Origin: an uncultured delta proteobacterium
Lineage (GTDB): Bacteria; Myxococcota; Myxococcia; Myxococcales; Myxococcaceae
DNA: 64,000 bases
Direction: 5' to 3'
NCBI GenBank assembly: GCA_963713045.1
Contig: CAVQKE010000007.1
Coordinates: 64,001-128,000 of the forward strand
In this document: one piece after another, positions 20,426-30,697 of the stretch
Layout of the letters: each line of letters opens with the position of its first letter
How positions within the stretch are numbered: position 1 is the stretch's first letter
Made by a program: the position numbers and the translations under genes
Notes under the pieces: generated by a model
Databases searched by the model: none
What the model was told of the DNA's origin: nothing
What the model saw: only the letters and a program-made list of their open reading frames with translations

Positions 20426-21199
20426 TCAGCCCTGCAGCATCCTCGCGACGGGCTTGCTTAATTGGGAGAGAATGAATTCTGGAGCCAAACGATTCATCAG
20501 CTTCAACTGGTTGCTCTGACCTGGTCGGATTTCCAACCGCCCGTCGGCGAGACCCTTCAGACTGGTTCGAACCATCTCGTCGACCTTCATGAGGGGCACG
20601 CCCTTTAGGTCTTCAGCTTCGAAGGGCCCGAGGAGTTCAGTCTCGGTAGCCGGCGGTGCGATTTCGAAGACGCTGACTTTGGTGTTGGCGAGCTGAGCGC
20701 GAAGCGAGAGCGAAAACGAGTGCAGCGCGGCTTTCGTCGCGCAGTAGATTGGCGAGATGGGTAGCGGCACGAATGCCAACCCTGAAGTGATGTTGACGAT
20801 TGCCGCGCTCGGCCGCTTCTTGAGCTCAGGCAAAAAGCGCCTTGTCATGCGAATCGGTCCCTTGAGGTTGGTGTCCACCTCGGCTGTGAAGTCTTCCAGA
20901 CTGCCTTCCGCCTTATGGAGATTCACAATTCGCATGACGCCCGCGTTGTTGAACAGCACGTTGAGGTTCGGAAACTCCTGAGTGACCCGCTGATGGAGGG
21001 CCTCGATGTCCTCCACCCGGCTGACGTCGCTTTGAAAGGCGTGAAGGTGAGGAACGAGGCTGCGGGCGCGTTCGAGCTTCGCCTTGTCCCGTCCAGTGAT
21101 GATGACCGTGTTCCCCCGCCGCTCGAACTCCTTGGCGAACTCAAACCCAATGCCGGTTGATCCGCCTGTAATCAAGATTGTATTCCCGTCGAGCTTCAT
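20426..21199 (-). CDS. Short-chain dehydrogenase/reductase (DltE-like)
   Basis: TGGSTGIG, NNAG, YCATKAA. Confidence 0.93.
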   Translation of the reverse strand: MKLDGNTILITGGSTGIGFEFAKEFERRGNTVIITGRDKAKLERARSLVPHLHAFQSDVSRVEDIEALHQRVTQEFPNLNVLFNNAGVMRIVNLHKAEGSLEDFTAEVDTNLKGPIRMTRRFLPELKKRPSAAIVNITSGLAFVPLPISPIYCATKAALHSFSLSLRAQLANTKVSVFEIAPPATETELLGPFEAEDLKGVPLMKVDEMVRTSLKGLADGRLEIRPGQSNQLKLMNRLAPEFILSQLSKPVARMLQG

Positions 21200-21246
21200 C
21201 TTTCGCACCCCTGTGTTCGGGCGCCCCGGTTGGCCAGGACGCCACT

Positions 21247-21300
21247 ACTTGCAGAATGCAAGCTGCCTGCTACTAAAAGCCGGACTTGCCAATGGCAAGT
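21247..21300. promoter_or_regulatory. Two ACTTGC-N5-GCAAG palindromes, putative HxlR-family operators
   Basis: ACTTGCAGAATGCAAGC (21247-21263) and ACTTGCCAATGGCAAGT (21284-21300) in the divergent SDR/regulator intergenic region. Confidence 0.7.
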
Positions 21301-21320
21301 GACAATCAGAGTATTCGCGC

Positions 21321-21695
21321 ATGCGGATGAACGGGCGGTCCAACTGTCCGGTGGCTTGCACCTTGGACATCCTCGGTGACAAATGGACGCTCCTTTTGGT
21401 GCGAGACATGTTTCTGGGTAAGGAGCGTTTCGACCAGTTCTTGGCATCTCCCGAAGGCATCGCCACCAACATCCTGGCTGACCGTCTTGCCCGGCTAAGC
21501 GAAGCGGGAATCGTCGAGCCGCGCCCCGACCCAAGTCATCGAGGGCGGGCGACGTACCATCTTACCGCACGTGGAAAACAGCTGAGCTCCGTTCTGGACG
21601 CGATGGCTCATTGGGGTTTGGAGAACCTACCGGGCACACGAATCGGGAAGGCTGCAGCTACGCCCCGTTCACGCCGCGGCAAGCCTCAGGGTTAA
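21321..21695 (+). CDS. HxlR-family winged-helix regulator
   Basis: CPVACTLDILGDKWTLLLVRD, RFDQF, EGIATNILADRL, YHLTARG. Confidence 0.93.
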   Translation: MRMNGRSNCPVACTLDILGDKWTLLLVRDMFLGKERFDQFLASPEGIATNILADRLARLSEAGIVEPRPDPSHRGRATYHLTARGKQLSSVLDAMAHWGLENLPGTRIGKAAATPRSRRGKPQG

Positions 21696-21880
21696 TTGGG
21701 GACGGGTGTCGAGAAGGGCCAACTGGACCCTCAGCAACGTCGGTCGTGCCCTTCGGCGGCATGCCGCGCGCCCACACCTCGTCGACTTCCCTCCGGACGA
21801 TGGAGTCAATTCCCCGAGTCACCGTCTTCGGGCCGGAGCCCTGCGCCTGCGGCGGCCAAGGTCGTTCACCCCATTCCTGC

Positions 21881-22924
21881 CTACCGAGGCAAGAGAGCGT
21901 CGAGGGCCGCGCCGTTGTCTCCGAGCACATCCCACTGCATTCGAAGAGGGTCGGCAAAGACGCTCACTCCACCCGCCTGGTCGACGAGGTGCGTCGCCAG
22001 GAGTCCGTACTGCTCTGAACCCTGGAACAACTGTTCAGCGACAACCAAGCGACGTTCATTGCGGGCGCCCTCACCCACCGGCTCCTGCAACAGCCGCTCA
22101 AAGTATTGAATCCCAATCTCGCGAGCCCGAGCCTGGTGCACGACTCCCACGACGACGATGACTGAATCCCAAGCGTCAGGATTGACACTGGAGACCAGTC
22201 GCCGAGTGGTCTCGACCGCAGCATGAAGTGCCCGGAGACTCTCCGCTGAGATGTCCCGCAGATTCTCGATGAGATCGCCGCGAACCGACTGGAAATAGCT
22301 CCGCCGAGCATCCGGCCCGAGTCCACCTTGGGAAAAGGTTGCAACCGCCTGCCGGGTACGTTCCAAAATTCTGCGCTGTCTCGCTCGAAGACTGGCAGGC
22401 AGCAACGTCGCGGTCGGTGACGACGCGTCTCCCATCTGGACTAGAGCAGCATCGAGGGCGTCGAGAGTGCGGGCCACGTGTTGGTCGCGCACAGCCCCTG
22501 GCTGCTCTGCGAAGAGGAGCGCTGCTAAGAAGACAGCGTGCGAGACGTCTTTGACCGGATGGTACGCTTTGGGAACGACGAAAGTTCGAAGAACCTCCTT
22601 CCCCATGTAGCGGGCTTCATAGAGTCCGAAGGAGTAACGCAGAACCAGGCGTTTGGACTCCAATTCCGTACATTGCTCATCTCGCGCCCGCGCATGCGCT
22701 TCGAGGAACTCTGTGTTGAGGTCTGAAAGCGGGCCCTTCACACCAAATTCTGCCTCAGCGGTTTGATGCACGTCAGCGCGGCACCAAGAGGCGTGCTCCG
22801 CGGGTCGTGCCGTCGGGACCCCCTGGCTGGAGGTAGTTGGGGACGGTGTCGAGTGGGCCTGACATGCGAGCGATAGCAGTAGAAACAGATGCAAAAGCCC
22901 GCCTCGGCCGGAGCCCGTTCCCAC
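21881..22924 (-). CDS. Hypothetical lipoprotein
   Basis: Long ORF; GTG start after GGAGGAG; hydrophobic stretch ending LSLAC. Confidence 0.7.
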   Translation of the reverse strand: MGTGSGRGGLLHLFLLLSLACQAHSTPSPTTSSQGVPTARPAEHASWCRADVHQTAEAEFGVKGPLSDLNTEFLEAHARARDEQCTELESKRLVLRYSFGLYEARYMGKEVLRTFVVPKAYHPVKDVSHAVFLAALLFAEQPGAVRDQHVARTLDALDAALVQMGDASSPTATLLPASLRARQRRILERTRQAVATFSQGGLGPDARRSYFQSVRGDLIENLRDISAESLRALHAAVETTRRLVSSVNPDAWDSVIVVVGVVHQARAREIGIQYFERLLQEPVGEGARNERRLVVAEQLFQGSEQYGLLATHLVDQAGGVSVFADPLRMQWDVLGDNGAALDALLPR

Positions 22925-23097
22925 GTATCCAGCTCTCCTCCCAAGGAGTTCACCGGCCCCACTCAACTCCCCACTGTTGGCCTGTCTTGTTTCGATTTCG
23001 GTGGCCCTCGCAGCAGCGTTGTTAGCCTCGATAGGGTGAGGGCGGCCCAAGCAACAGGGAACCGAGCGTCACCCCGACCTTCTCGCGTTGCTCGGAG

Positions 23098-24495
23098 CTA
23101 ATCGCCTCCTGGACCGAGCATTTTTGATGGATCCACAATCTTGTCGAACTCGGCAGCTGTGACAAATCCCAAATTCAGCGCTGCCTCCTTCAGTGTGAGA
23201 TTGTTGTCCAATGCATGGTGGGCGATTTTGGACGCTTTGTCGTATCCAATCACCGGCGACAGCGCAGTCACCAACATCAAGGAATTTGCGACATCTTGAT
23301 GGATTTTGGTTAAGTTTGGTTTGGTGCCTTCGACCAGAAACCGTCTAAAGTTGGTGCATCCGTCAGTCAAGAGCTCGAGCGAATGAGCAACATTATAAAT
23401 CATGAGGGGTTTATAGACGTTCATCTCGAGGTGGCCACCGGCACCGCCGAAGCCAACCGCCACGTCGTTCGCCATGACTTGCACGGCAATCATGGCAAGC
23501 GCCTCAGCTTGGGTCGGGTTTACCTTCCCTGGCATAATCGATGAGCCCGGTTCGTTGGAAGGAAGGATTAACTCCGCAAACCCTGCCCGTGGCCCACAGG
23601 ACATCAAACGGACGTCATTTGAAATCTTATAAAGCGATGCCGCTAGAGTTCGAAGAGTCCCCGAAAGTTGAACCAAGGCGTCGTGAGCGCCCTGCGCCGC
23701 GAATTTGTTCGGCGCGGTGACAAATGGAAGCCCTGTGAGCCTTGCAATCTGTTCCGCTGCTGCTTCGGCAAACCCGGGCGCCGCGTTCAATCCGGTTCCA
23801 ACCGCCGTTCCGCCGAGTGCCAACTGGTAGGTTCCCTCCAGTGCGGTGTCTAGACGGGTAAGGTCGTCAGAAAGCATCCAGGAATACCCTGACCACTCCT
23901 GGCCGAGGGTCAGCGGCGTCGCATCCTGCAAATGCGTCCGGCCAATTTTGATAATGTCCTTCCATTCGTTGCTCTTTGCTTGAATGGCGTCGCGGAGATC
24001 GCGCACCGCTGGAATCAGCTTCTGCTTTACGCTGAGGGACGCCGCGATGTACATCGCCGTCGGGAACGTGTCATTGGACGACTGTCCCATGTTCACATGG
24101 TCGTTCGGATGGACCGGCTTCTTCGAGCCCAACGGCGTGCCCGCGATTTGGCAACAGCGGTTGGAGATGACCTCATTCACGTTCATGTTGAACTGCGTAC
24201 CGCTCCCGGTCATCCACACGTGGAGCGGAAACATGTTGTGATGCTCACCCGCGAGAATCTCGTCGCAAACGTGAACGATGAGCTGGTACTGCTCGAAGGG
24301 AAGCCTCTTACCGTTGTGGTTGGCAATGGCTGCCGCCTTTTTCAAGACGGCATAGGCCGCAATCATCTCTCGTGGAATGAGGTCATGACCAATACTGAAA
24401 TATTCAAGCGAGCGCTGTGTCTGCGCTCCCCAGAGCTTATCGGCTGGGACCTCGACAGTCCCGAGGCTGTCTGTTTCCTGTCGCATCGCTGACAT
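23098..24495 (-). CDS. fumC: Class II fumarate hydratase
   Basis: [47 protein letters not shown] before ATG 24495. Confidence 0.97.
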   Translation of the reverse strand: MSAMRQETDSLGTVEVPADKLWGAQTQRSLEYFSIGHDLIPREMIAAYAVLKKAAAIANHNGKRLPFEQYQLIVHVCDEILAGEHHNMFPLHVWMTGSGTQFNMNVNEVISNRCCQIAGTPLGSKKPVHPNDHVNMGQSSNDTFPTAMYIAASLSVKQKLIPAVRDLRDAIQAKSNEWKDIIKIGRTHLQDATPLTLGQEWSGYSWMLSDDLTRLDTALEGTYQLALGGTAVGTGLNAAPGFAEAAAEQIARLTGLPFVTAPNKFAAQGAHDALVQLSGTLRTLAASLYKISNDVRLMSCGPRAGFAELILPSNEPGSSIMPGKVNPTQAEALAMIAVQVMANDVAVGFGGAGGHLEMNVYKPLMIYNVAHSLELLTDGCTNFRRFLVEGTKPNLTKIHQDVANSLMLVTALSPVIGYDKASKIAHHALDNNLTLKEAALNLGFVTAAEFDKIVDPSKMLGPGGD

Positions 24496-24886
24496 GGCCG
24501 CCGGTCCTCCAGAGGAGCGCTGGAATGGAACAACGCCGCAGCCCAATGTCAACACAGCTCTTGCGGCGCGACCGCCTTCGCGACACTCCCGGATGCGGTC
24601 CAAATAGCGGTCAAACACCTGGCGACATCCTTTGCCACATCGACTTTATCGACGAAGACGAGGCGAAAGCGCTCGACGCCAGCCGAAGAAGACGCACGAC
24701 ACCGCAGCGGTGCATGCCAAGGGTGAATGGCCAGGCGGACCCTGACGAACGGCGCCGTGTACCCGCGAGAAGCACAACGGCCGAATGAGCTGAGATGGCC
24801 CGCCGGGGCCTGGGGGAGGTTTGGGCTTGGCGCCGCGCGGCAACCGGAGGAAGCTAGACGAAGCCACTCCCCAGAAGGAGAATCCG

Positions 24887-25441
24887 ATGAATTGGAGCGC
24901 CTTGCGTTTTCTGGCCAGTGCCTCAGCAGTCCTGCTCGGCACGGGTTGCGCCTCCGCACCTGCACTCGCGCCCCCCAGCGTCCCGGCTGACCTCGAAGCG
25001 CCGGCGACAATGGCTCCGGCTCTGCGTTGGTTTGCCCGTGGCACTCAAAACTACACCTGCACCGCTCGGGCAGATGGCACCGGGGCGGAGTGGAAGCTGA
25101 CCGCGCCCGAGGCAACGCTGTACGCCGGCCCCGAGGCCACGGCCCTCGCCGTGGGGACCCACGGGGCCGGCCCGTCCTGGGTTGCCACGGACGGCAGTCG
25201 GTTTGTGGGAAATGCGGCTGCCGCCAAGCGCGCACCCTCCCCTGAACCGGGTGCCGTCCCCTGGCTTCTGGTGCCGAAGAAGGAGGGCGATGCCAGCGGG
25301 ACGCTCGGCGGAATGGAATACGTCCAGCGGGTGGACACCCACGGCGGTCAGCCGCCAGCGACCGGCTGCGACGCCACCAGCGTGGGCGCGACCCTCAAGG
25401 TGAACTACTCGGCGACGTACATTTTTTACCGGTCTCGGTAA
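24887..25441 (+). CDS. DUF3455-like lipoprotein
   Basis: Lipobox LGTGC; ARGTQNYTC, WKLTAPEATL, GTHGAGPSW..TDGS, AVPWLL, YVQRVDTHGG.PP, YSATYIFY. Confidence 0.85.
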   Translation: MNWSALRFLASASAVLLGTGCASAPALAPPSVPADLEAPATMAPALRWFARGTQNYTCTARADGTGAEWKLTAPEATLYAGPEATALAVGTHGAGPSWVATDGSRFVGNAAAAKRAPSPEPGAVPWLLVPKKEGDASGTLGGMEYVQRVDTHGGQPPATGCDATSVGATLKVNYSATYIFYRSR

Positions 25442-25477
25442 CGGCCGACGCCTGGGCGAAGTCCTTGCGGGCAGCGG

Positions 25478-27178
25478 TTAGGGGGCCGGGAGAATGCTGG
25501 CGTACTCCGGAACCCAGCTGCTGTCTTGCACGCGTCGACGGGTCGCGCTTTCCGTTGCTGCGGGCGCGACCCCTGCACGGACGGCTTCCAGCGCCACGGC
25601 GGTTGCCACGTGCTGGGCAAGCGTGGGGAGGGCCTCCAGCGAGGGAAGCAGCGGGGCGTCAGCACCGGTCCGCGCGGGCGACAGCTCCCCCAGCGCTTCA
25701 GCGGCGGCCAGCATCATCCCATCGGTGACGCGGGAGGCACGCGAGGCGGTGACTGCAAGTCCAATTGCCGGAAAAATGTAGAGGTTGTTGCATTGGGCAA
25801 CGCTGATGGTGCGGCCGAGGAGGCGGACCGGCGGACACGGGCTGCCGCTGGCCACCAGCGCTCGACCATCGGTCCAACGAAGGAGGTCACCCGGCGCCGC
25901 CTCCTGGCGGTCGGTGGGATTGGACAGCGGGAAGATGATGGGCCGCGAGACTTTGCTGGCCATCATCTGCACGGCAGCCTGAGAGAAGGCGCCAGGCTGT
26001 GCGGAGACACCCACCAGCACCGTTGCCCTGACCCGTTTCAGCACGTCCAGCAGCCCAATTTGGCCGTCCGGGCCAGTCCCCCAGTCGGCCACGGCTTCGC
26101 GCGGCTGAGCAAACTTCTGCTGCACCGGCGACAAATTGGCCATTCCGGTGTGCAGTAGCCCGTACAAGTCCAGGAGAAAGAAGCGTCGCCGCGCCTCGGC
26201 CTCGGAAAGCCCACGGCGGCCCATGGCCAGGAGTAAGTGTTCAGCCAGCCCGGTGCCGGCGCTGCCACCGCCGACGATGACAACGTTTTGCTCGACCAGC
26301 CGTTCCCCGGTCACCTGCAGCGCACCCTGAAGGGCGCCCGCCACGACGGCTGCAGTGCCCTGGATGTCGTCGTTGAAGGTGCACAGCCGGTTTCGGTACC
26401 TGTCGAGGAGCGGCCGGGCATGGGGCCGGGCAAAATCCTCCCACTGCAGGAGGACCTGCGGGAGGGCACGCTCGACTGCGGTGACGAAGTCCTCGACGAA
26501 ATTCCAGTACTCCTCGCCGCCGATGCGTTCGTGCTTCCAGCCGATGTAGTCCGGCGCCCGGAGGCGGTCAGGGTTGTTGGTACCGACGTCGAGCAGCACC
26601 GGCAGCGTGCGGGAGGGTTCGATTCCCCCGATGAGGGAATAGAGCTGAAGCTTGCCGATGGGGATGGCCATCCCGCCCGCCCCTTGGTCGCCGATGCCCA
26701 GGATGCGCTCTCCATCGGTGACGACGATGACGTCCACCTCGCGGTACGGCCGACTTTCGAGAAGCTCGTCCATGCGCTCGCGCAGCGGGTAGGAGATGAA
26801 CAGGCCACGTGGACGGCGATAGATGCGGGAGAAGTTGATGCAGCCCAGCGCCACGGTCGGGGTGTAGACGATGGGCGTCATCTCCTCGATGTGTCGGCTC
26901 AGCAGCGCGAGACAAAGCGTCTCGTTGGTGTCTTGCAAAGCGCGCAGGTAAATATGCCGCTCGAGGTCATTGTCCTTGAGACGGTAGGCTTCGTAGGCCC
27001 GTGCACACTGTTGTTCCAGCGTTTCCACGGCGGGCGGCAATAGGCCGTGAAGCTTGAGGGCGCTCCGCTCGCTTTCGCTGAAGGCGGTACCCTTATTGAA
27101 GACCGGCTCGGTCAAGAGGTGCTGGCCACGCAGCTGTGTCCGGATGACGGTGCCAGTCGGGTCGGCGGCGGTGGCCAT
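25478..27178 (-). CDS. maeA: NAD-dependent malic enzyme
   Basis: FNKGTAF, PIVYTPTV, VVTDGERILGIGDQG, QWEDF, FNDDIQGT, IIFPLSNPT, QCNNLYIFP. Confidence 0.95.
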   Translation of the reverse strand: MATAADPTGTVIRTQLRGQHLLTEPVFNKGTAFSESERSALKLHGLLPPAVETLEQQCARAYEAYRLKDNDLERHIYLRALQDTNETLCLALLSRHIEEMTPIVYTPTVALGCINFSRIYRRPRGLFISYPLRERMDELLESRPYREVDVIVVTDGERILGIGDQGAGGMAIPIGKLQLYSLIGGIEPSRTLPVLLDVGTNNPDRLRAPDYIGWKHERIGGEEYWNFVEDFVTAVERALPQVLLQWEDFARPHARPLLDRYRNRLCTFNDDIQGTAAVVAGALQGALQVTGERLVEQNVVIVGGGSAGTGLAEHLLLAMGRRGLSEAEARRRFFLLDLYGLLHTGMANLSPVQQKFAQPREAVADWGTGPDGQIGLLDVLKRVRATVLVGVSAQPGAFSQAAVQMMASKVSRPIIFPLSNPTDRQEAAPGDLLRWTDGRALVASGSPCPPVRLLGRTISVAQCNNLYIFPAIGLAVTASRASRVTDGMMLAAAEALGELSPARTGADAPLLPSLEALPTLAQHVATAVALEAVRAGVAPAATESATRRRVQDSSWVPEYASILPAP

Positions 27179-27576
27179 CAGCTCTTCGTTTTCCTGTGCA
27201 CGGGCCGCCGCCCACGGGCAGATGAACTGCCGACGGCGAGCGCTGAGGCGAGTTTGGCAGGAGCGATGGTTTGGTAACTTTCGCTCACCCAGGCCGCGAG
27301 CAATTTCACTGGGGGACGGGCACCACGAGCGAAGCGGGCAGAGACCCACCCGGCGCGTCCGAGGCCGTAGCCTGTCGGCTCGGCAAAGGACAGGATGAGT
27401 GCCGCGCCCTGCGACTGCGGCAACTTGACCGAGAGCGCGAGGTGTTTAGCGTCGTAGTGCATGAAGAGGAAGACCTTTTTCTTCACCTTGAAGGCGCGCT
27501 CGCCCCAGGGAAAGTCCTCATGCACCTCGGGAAAGCCGAGCGCAATCTTCCGAAGCGCAGCGCCAGCTTTCACCAT
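27178..27576 (-). CDS. MmcQ/YjbR-family protein
   Basis: [43 protein letters not shown]; stop overlaps the maeA start. Confidence 0.88.
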   Translation of the reverse strand: MVKAGAALRKIALGFPEVHEDFPWGERAFKVKKKVFLFMHYDAKHLALSVKLPQSQGAALILSFAEPTGYGLGRAGWVSARFARGARPPVKLLAAWVSESYQTIAPAKLASALAVGSSSARGRRPVHRKTKS

Positions 27577-27802
27577 CGGACTCACCGCCACGGGTAGCCC
27601 CCTCTTCAGACGAGCGACTGGGCAATCGTCTGCCGGCTGAGGACTTCGCCGCAAGCCCTGCGCAGAGCGAAGTCGGTGCCGTTGGCGAGCACCCCAGGGC
27701 ACTTCTCGAACTGGGGCATCCGGATTCGGAGACCAAGACGCTCCGGCCTTCATTTCCGGTCCAGCGCGCCCAAGTCGGGTGGCGATTCTGGGTCCGCTTG
27801 CC

Positions 27803-28099
27803 TTACTTCTTCTTGTCCAGCTGGTCCTTGGCCTTCTTCAACAAGTCCTCGGACGTGGCCTGAGCCTGCTTCAAGAATTGCTGAGACTTGGCACGTGCTT
27901 GTTCGACGAAACTCGCCGACTTGGAGCGCGCCTGTTCGAGGAGGTCCTCGGCGTTCTGCTTTGCCTTGTCGACGTCGCCCGTGTGGTCCGCCAGTCCCTC
28001 CAGAAACTTTGCTCGTGCCTTGTCGTAGGCATCGCCCGCGAGCTTCTGCAGGGAAGTTGCCGCATCGCGCAGTTGGGGCGGTAGGTCTTCCAGTTTCAT
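27803..28099 (-). CDS. Small helical protein with 11-residue amphipathic repeats
   Basis: [52 protein letters not shown]. Confidence 0.75.
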   Translation of the reverse strand: MKLEDLPPQLRDAATSLQKLAGDAYDKARAKFLEGLADHTGDVDKAKQNAEDLLEQARSKSASFVEQARAKSQQFLKQAQATSEDLLKKAKDQLDKKK

Positions 28100-28300
28100 A
28101 GCGTTTCCTCCTCTTTCCAGGTCCCACAGCAGCACCGGAAGGTTACACCGGTTCACCTTGGAGAAGTGGAAGGCCCAGGGCTGCACAATGTCAGGGCCAG
28201 GTCAGGCTCGGCCAAGAGACTGTTGGCCACAAGCCTCGAAGAAAATTTCCTGGCATCAGCCGTTGCAGTGGAAGGGCCGCTCTGAGATGGTGCCCAACTC

Positions 28301-29452
28301 TTGGATACCCAACTGAAGCAGTGTCTGTCGTACCGGTCCATCGGCGGCGAGGTCGAGCAGTTCCGCGGCAAGGTCCCGATGTACGACTTCATCGAAGGCT
28401 ACATCGACGGCCGTTTCGAGGTGAACGAGGACCTGCAGGACTTTCTGCGCCGCGGGGAGTTCATCAACTACCGGCTGACGGCTGGACAGGTGGGCTTCAT
28501 TCTCGCCGGGTTCCTGCCCTCGGTGTTGGTGCACACCCGCTCGATGGACAAGAAGCTGGTGACCGGCCACTACGACCGGGGAAATGACTTCTTCGCCGCA
28601 TTTCTCGGCGAGCTGATGGTCTACACCTCAGGCTTCTTCGTCACCGGGAACGAGACGCTCGAGCAAGCCCAGCTGAACAAGCTGAACATCGTGGGCGAGA
28701 AACTCCAGCTGCGTCCGGGCGAGAAGCTGCTCGACGTGGGATGTGGCTGGGGAACACTGGTCCGGCATTGCGCCGAGATTTTTGGGGTCGACGCCACCGG
28801 GGTGACCCTCAGCGCGCGCCAAGCGGAGCTCGGGACGGAGCGCATCGCGGCAGCGGGTCTGCAGGACCGGGCCCGCGTGCTGACCCTCGACTACCGAGCC
28901 ATTCCGGAGGCGCGCTACAACAAAATCAGCGTCCTCGAAATGGCCGAGCACGTCGGCATCCGGAACTTCCAAAAATTCCTCCGCCAGCTCTCTGGGATGC
29001 TGGCCGACGATGGCCTGTTTTTCCTCCAGATTGCCGGTCTCCGCCGCAACTGGACCCCCGAGGACTTCAGCTGGGGGATGTTCATGTCGAAGTACATTTT
29101 CCAGGGAGCCGATGCGAGTCTCCCCTTAAGCTTCGTCACCAAACAGCTTGAGTGCGCCGGCTTCGAAATCCACAGCGTCGAGAACATCGGTATCCACTAC
29201 TCGCTGACCATCGAGCGGTGGTACCGGAACTGGCTGTCCAACAAGGACGCGGTGGTGAAGGCCTACGGCGAGCGCTGGTTCCGCCTGTGGAACCTCTTCC
29301 TGGCCTGGTCGGTGGTGGTTCCCGAGCGCGGAGGCTCCACCTGCTTTCAGGTGGTGTGCAACAAGAATACGTCCAGCTTCTACCGCCGCCGCTTCATCGG
29401 CGAGCAGCGTCGGCTGGGAGAAGTTGCCGCGCGCCAGCTGCCTGCGGCCTAG
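28301..29452 (+). CDS. CFA-synthase-superfamily SAM methyltransferase, sphingolipid C9-methyltransferase-like
   Basis: HYDRGNDFF, MVYTSG, LLDVGCGWG, LEMAEHVG, FFLQIAGLR, KYIFQGADAS, IGIHYS. Confidence 0.9.
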   Translation: MDTQLKQCLSYRSIGGEVEQFRGKVPMYDFIEGYIDGRFEVNEDLQDFLRRGEFINYRLTAGQVGFILAGFLPSVLVHTRSMDKKLVTGHYDRGNDFFAAFLGELMVYTSGFFVTGNETLEQAQLNKLNIVGEKLQLRPGEKLLDVGCGWGTLVRHCAEIFGVDATGVTLSARQAELGTERIAAAGLQDRARVLTLDYRAIPEARYNKISVLEMAEHVGIRNFQKFLRQLSGMLADDGLFFLQIAGLRRNWTPEDFSWGMFMSKYIFQGADASLPLSFVTKQLECAGFEIHSVENIGIHYSLTIERWYRNWLSNKDAVVKAYGERWFRLWNLFLAWSVVVPERGGSTCFQVVCNKNTSSFYRRRFIGEQRRLGEVAARQLPAA

Positions 29453-29461
29453 GCCCGCGCG

Positions 29462-29836
29462 TCACCGACCCTGCGGTGCCGCCAACAGCGTCTCCGCCTC
29501 GGCCACTGAAGTGGCCAGGTGGGCGGTGTAGCCTTCGGCGCGCGACTGCCGCTCGAGCTTGAGAATGACGTCCGGCAGTGGGCCGCACACGCGGACGACG
29601 CGTCCCACCTCGTTCGCCACCAGAGAGGACTGGAGCCGCTTGACGTGAGGCATGCACGCGTCGGGTAGGCTGGCCAGTCCAGAGAGGTCCGCCAGGACGT
29701 CGAAGCCGGCGCGTAGCTTACTGAGCGCTGCGATGACGGCCGAGGCGCAGGCAAACACTTCTTCCGGTGTGGGGTGCCCCCAGGCCTTGAAGAGCAAACG
29801 GTTGTGCGAACGCAGGGTGCGAATTTCAAATTGCAA
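29462..29836 (-). CDS. Hypothetical single-domain alpha/beta protein (STAS/SpoIIAA-like pattern)
   Basis: TTG after GAGGAG; NRLLFKAWG, FDVLADLSGL, VGRVVRV, SVAEAETLL. Confidence 0.65.
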   Translation of the reverse strand: MQFEIRTLRSHNRLLFKAWGHPTPEEVFACASAVIAALSKLRAGFDVLADLSGLASLPDACMPHVKRLQSSLVANEVGRVVRVCGPLPDVILKLERQSRAEGYTAHLATSVAEAETLLAAPQGR

Positions 29837-30080
29837 CGGCGCTCCTCGAAACGGGGGGCGGTCTGCTGCTGCCGCCGCCTCCCAAATGCCACTGGTGCGT
29901 CGCCGGCACCCTAACTTAGGCTTATGTCGTAGCGCAGTGTGGGTATTGTGACCCCACCTGGGTGGGAGGCACCCCCGCAGCTGGTGGGGGCCGACGCCCC
30001 CACCCGTCCAGTGTCCAGTGATGCCGGCCGGTTGCGCTGACGCTGCGAAGTCACTTCGCACGGGTGGTCAATTTTGGCAC

Positions 30081-30096
30081 TGGCACGTGCCCTGCT
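30081..30096 (+). promoter_or_regulatory. Putative sigma-54 promoter
   Basis: TGGCAC-GTGCC-CTGCT has the exact -24/-12 spacing, ~45 bp upstream of ATG 30141. Confidence 0.65.
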
Positions 30097-30140
30097 GTGA
30101 GAGGAGTGGGCAAGGAGCGAATCAAGAACGCGGGCTGCAC

Positions 30141-30392
30141 ATGGCGTGGACTTTCGGCAAACGGGAAGCAAAAGGGGCGCCGGTCCGCTGTAACTGGTGT
30201 CGCGCGCCGCTGGCGCTGCAGCAGCCTTCAGGGCTTCTGCCGCCGGCGGATGAACTCCACGCCCACGGGGCAGTGTCGGTGAAGCGGCTCGGCTGGTTTT
30301 GCGGGCGGCGCTGCGTGGCGGCCTACGAAGCGCGATTTCGGGTAATTCTCGAGCCCGACACCCAAGGCAGCCCCGAGCCTCGCACCGCCTGA
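30141..30392 (+). CDS. Small Cys4 (CxxC...CxxxC) putative metal-binding protein, paralog 1
   Basis: VRCNWCR...GAVSVKRLGWFCGRRCVAAYEARFRVILEP; shares motifs with the next ORF. Confidence 0.75.
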   Translation: MAWTFGKREAKGAPVRCNWCRAPLALQQPSGLLPPADELHAHGAVSVKRLGWFCGRRCVAAYEARFRVILEPDTQGSPEPRTA

Positions 30393-30457
30393 GCCACTCG
30401 TCACGGCGGTGACGGCTGCACACCCTTCCCGAGAACAGCTTGGGAGGGGGAACGGGC

Positions 30458-30697
30458 ATGTGGATTCTCTCCAAACGACCGGTGCGGACGTCTGTCCGCT
30501 GCAGCTTCTGCCGGCGAGCACGACACGGGGTGGACGAAGTCCTGGTTCCCGAGGCGAAGCGGCTGACAGCTCAGGGGGCCGTGCCGATGAAGCGGGTGGG
30601 TTGGTTCTGCTCGCGGGAATGCGTCGGCGCTTATGAATCTCGCTTTCGCGTCATTTTGGAACCCGAGCCCTGTTCCGCCTACGAAGCGAACCGGTGA
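30458..30697 (+). CDS. Small Cys4 putative metal-binding protein, paralog 2
   Basis: VRCSFCR...GAVPMKRVGWFCSRECVGAYESRFRVILEP; GGAGG RBS. Confidence 0.75.
   Translation: MWILSKRPVRTSVRCSFCRRARHGVDEVLVPEAKRLTAQGAVPMKRVGWFCSRECVGAYESRFRVILEPEPCSAYEANR

Noticed and set aside
28251..28267. Sigma-54 promoter TGGCATCAGCCGTTGCA before the methyltransferase
   Set aside because: GG-to-GC spacing is one base too long for a motif with strict spacing.
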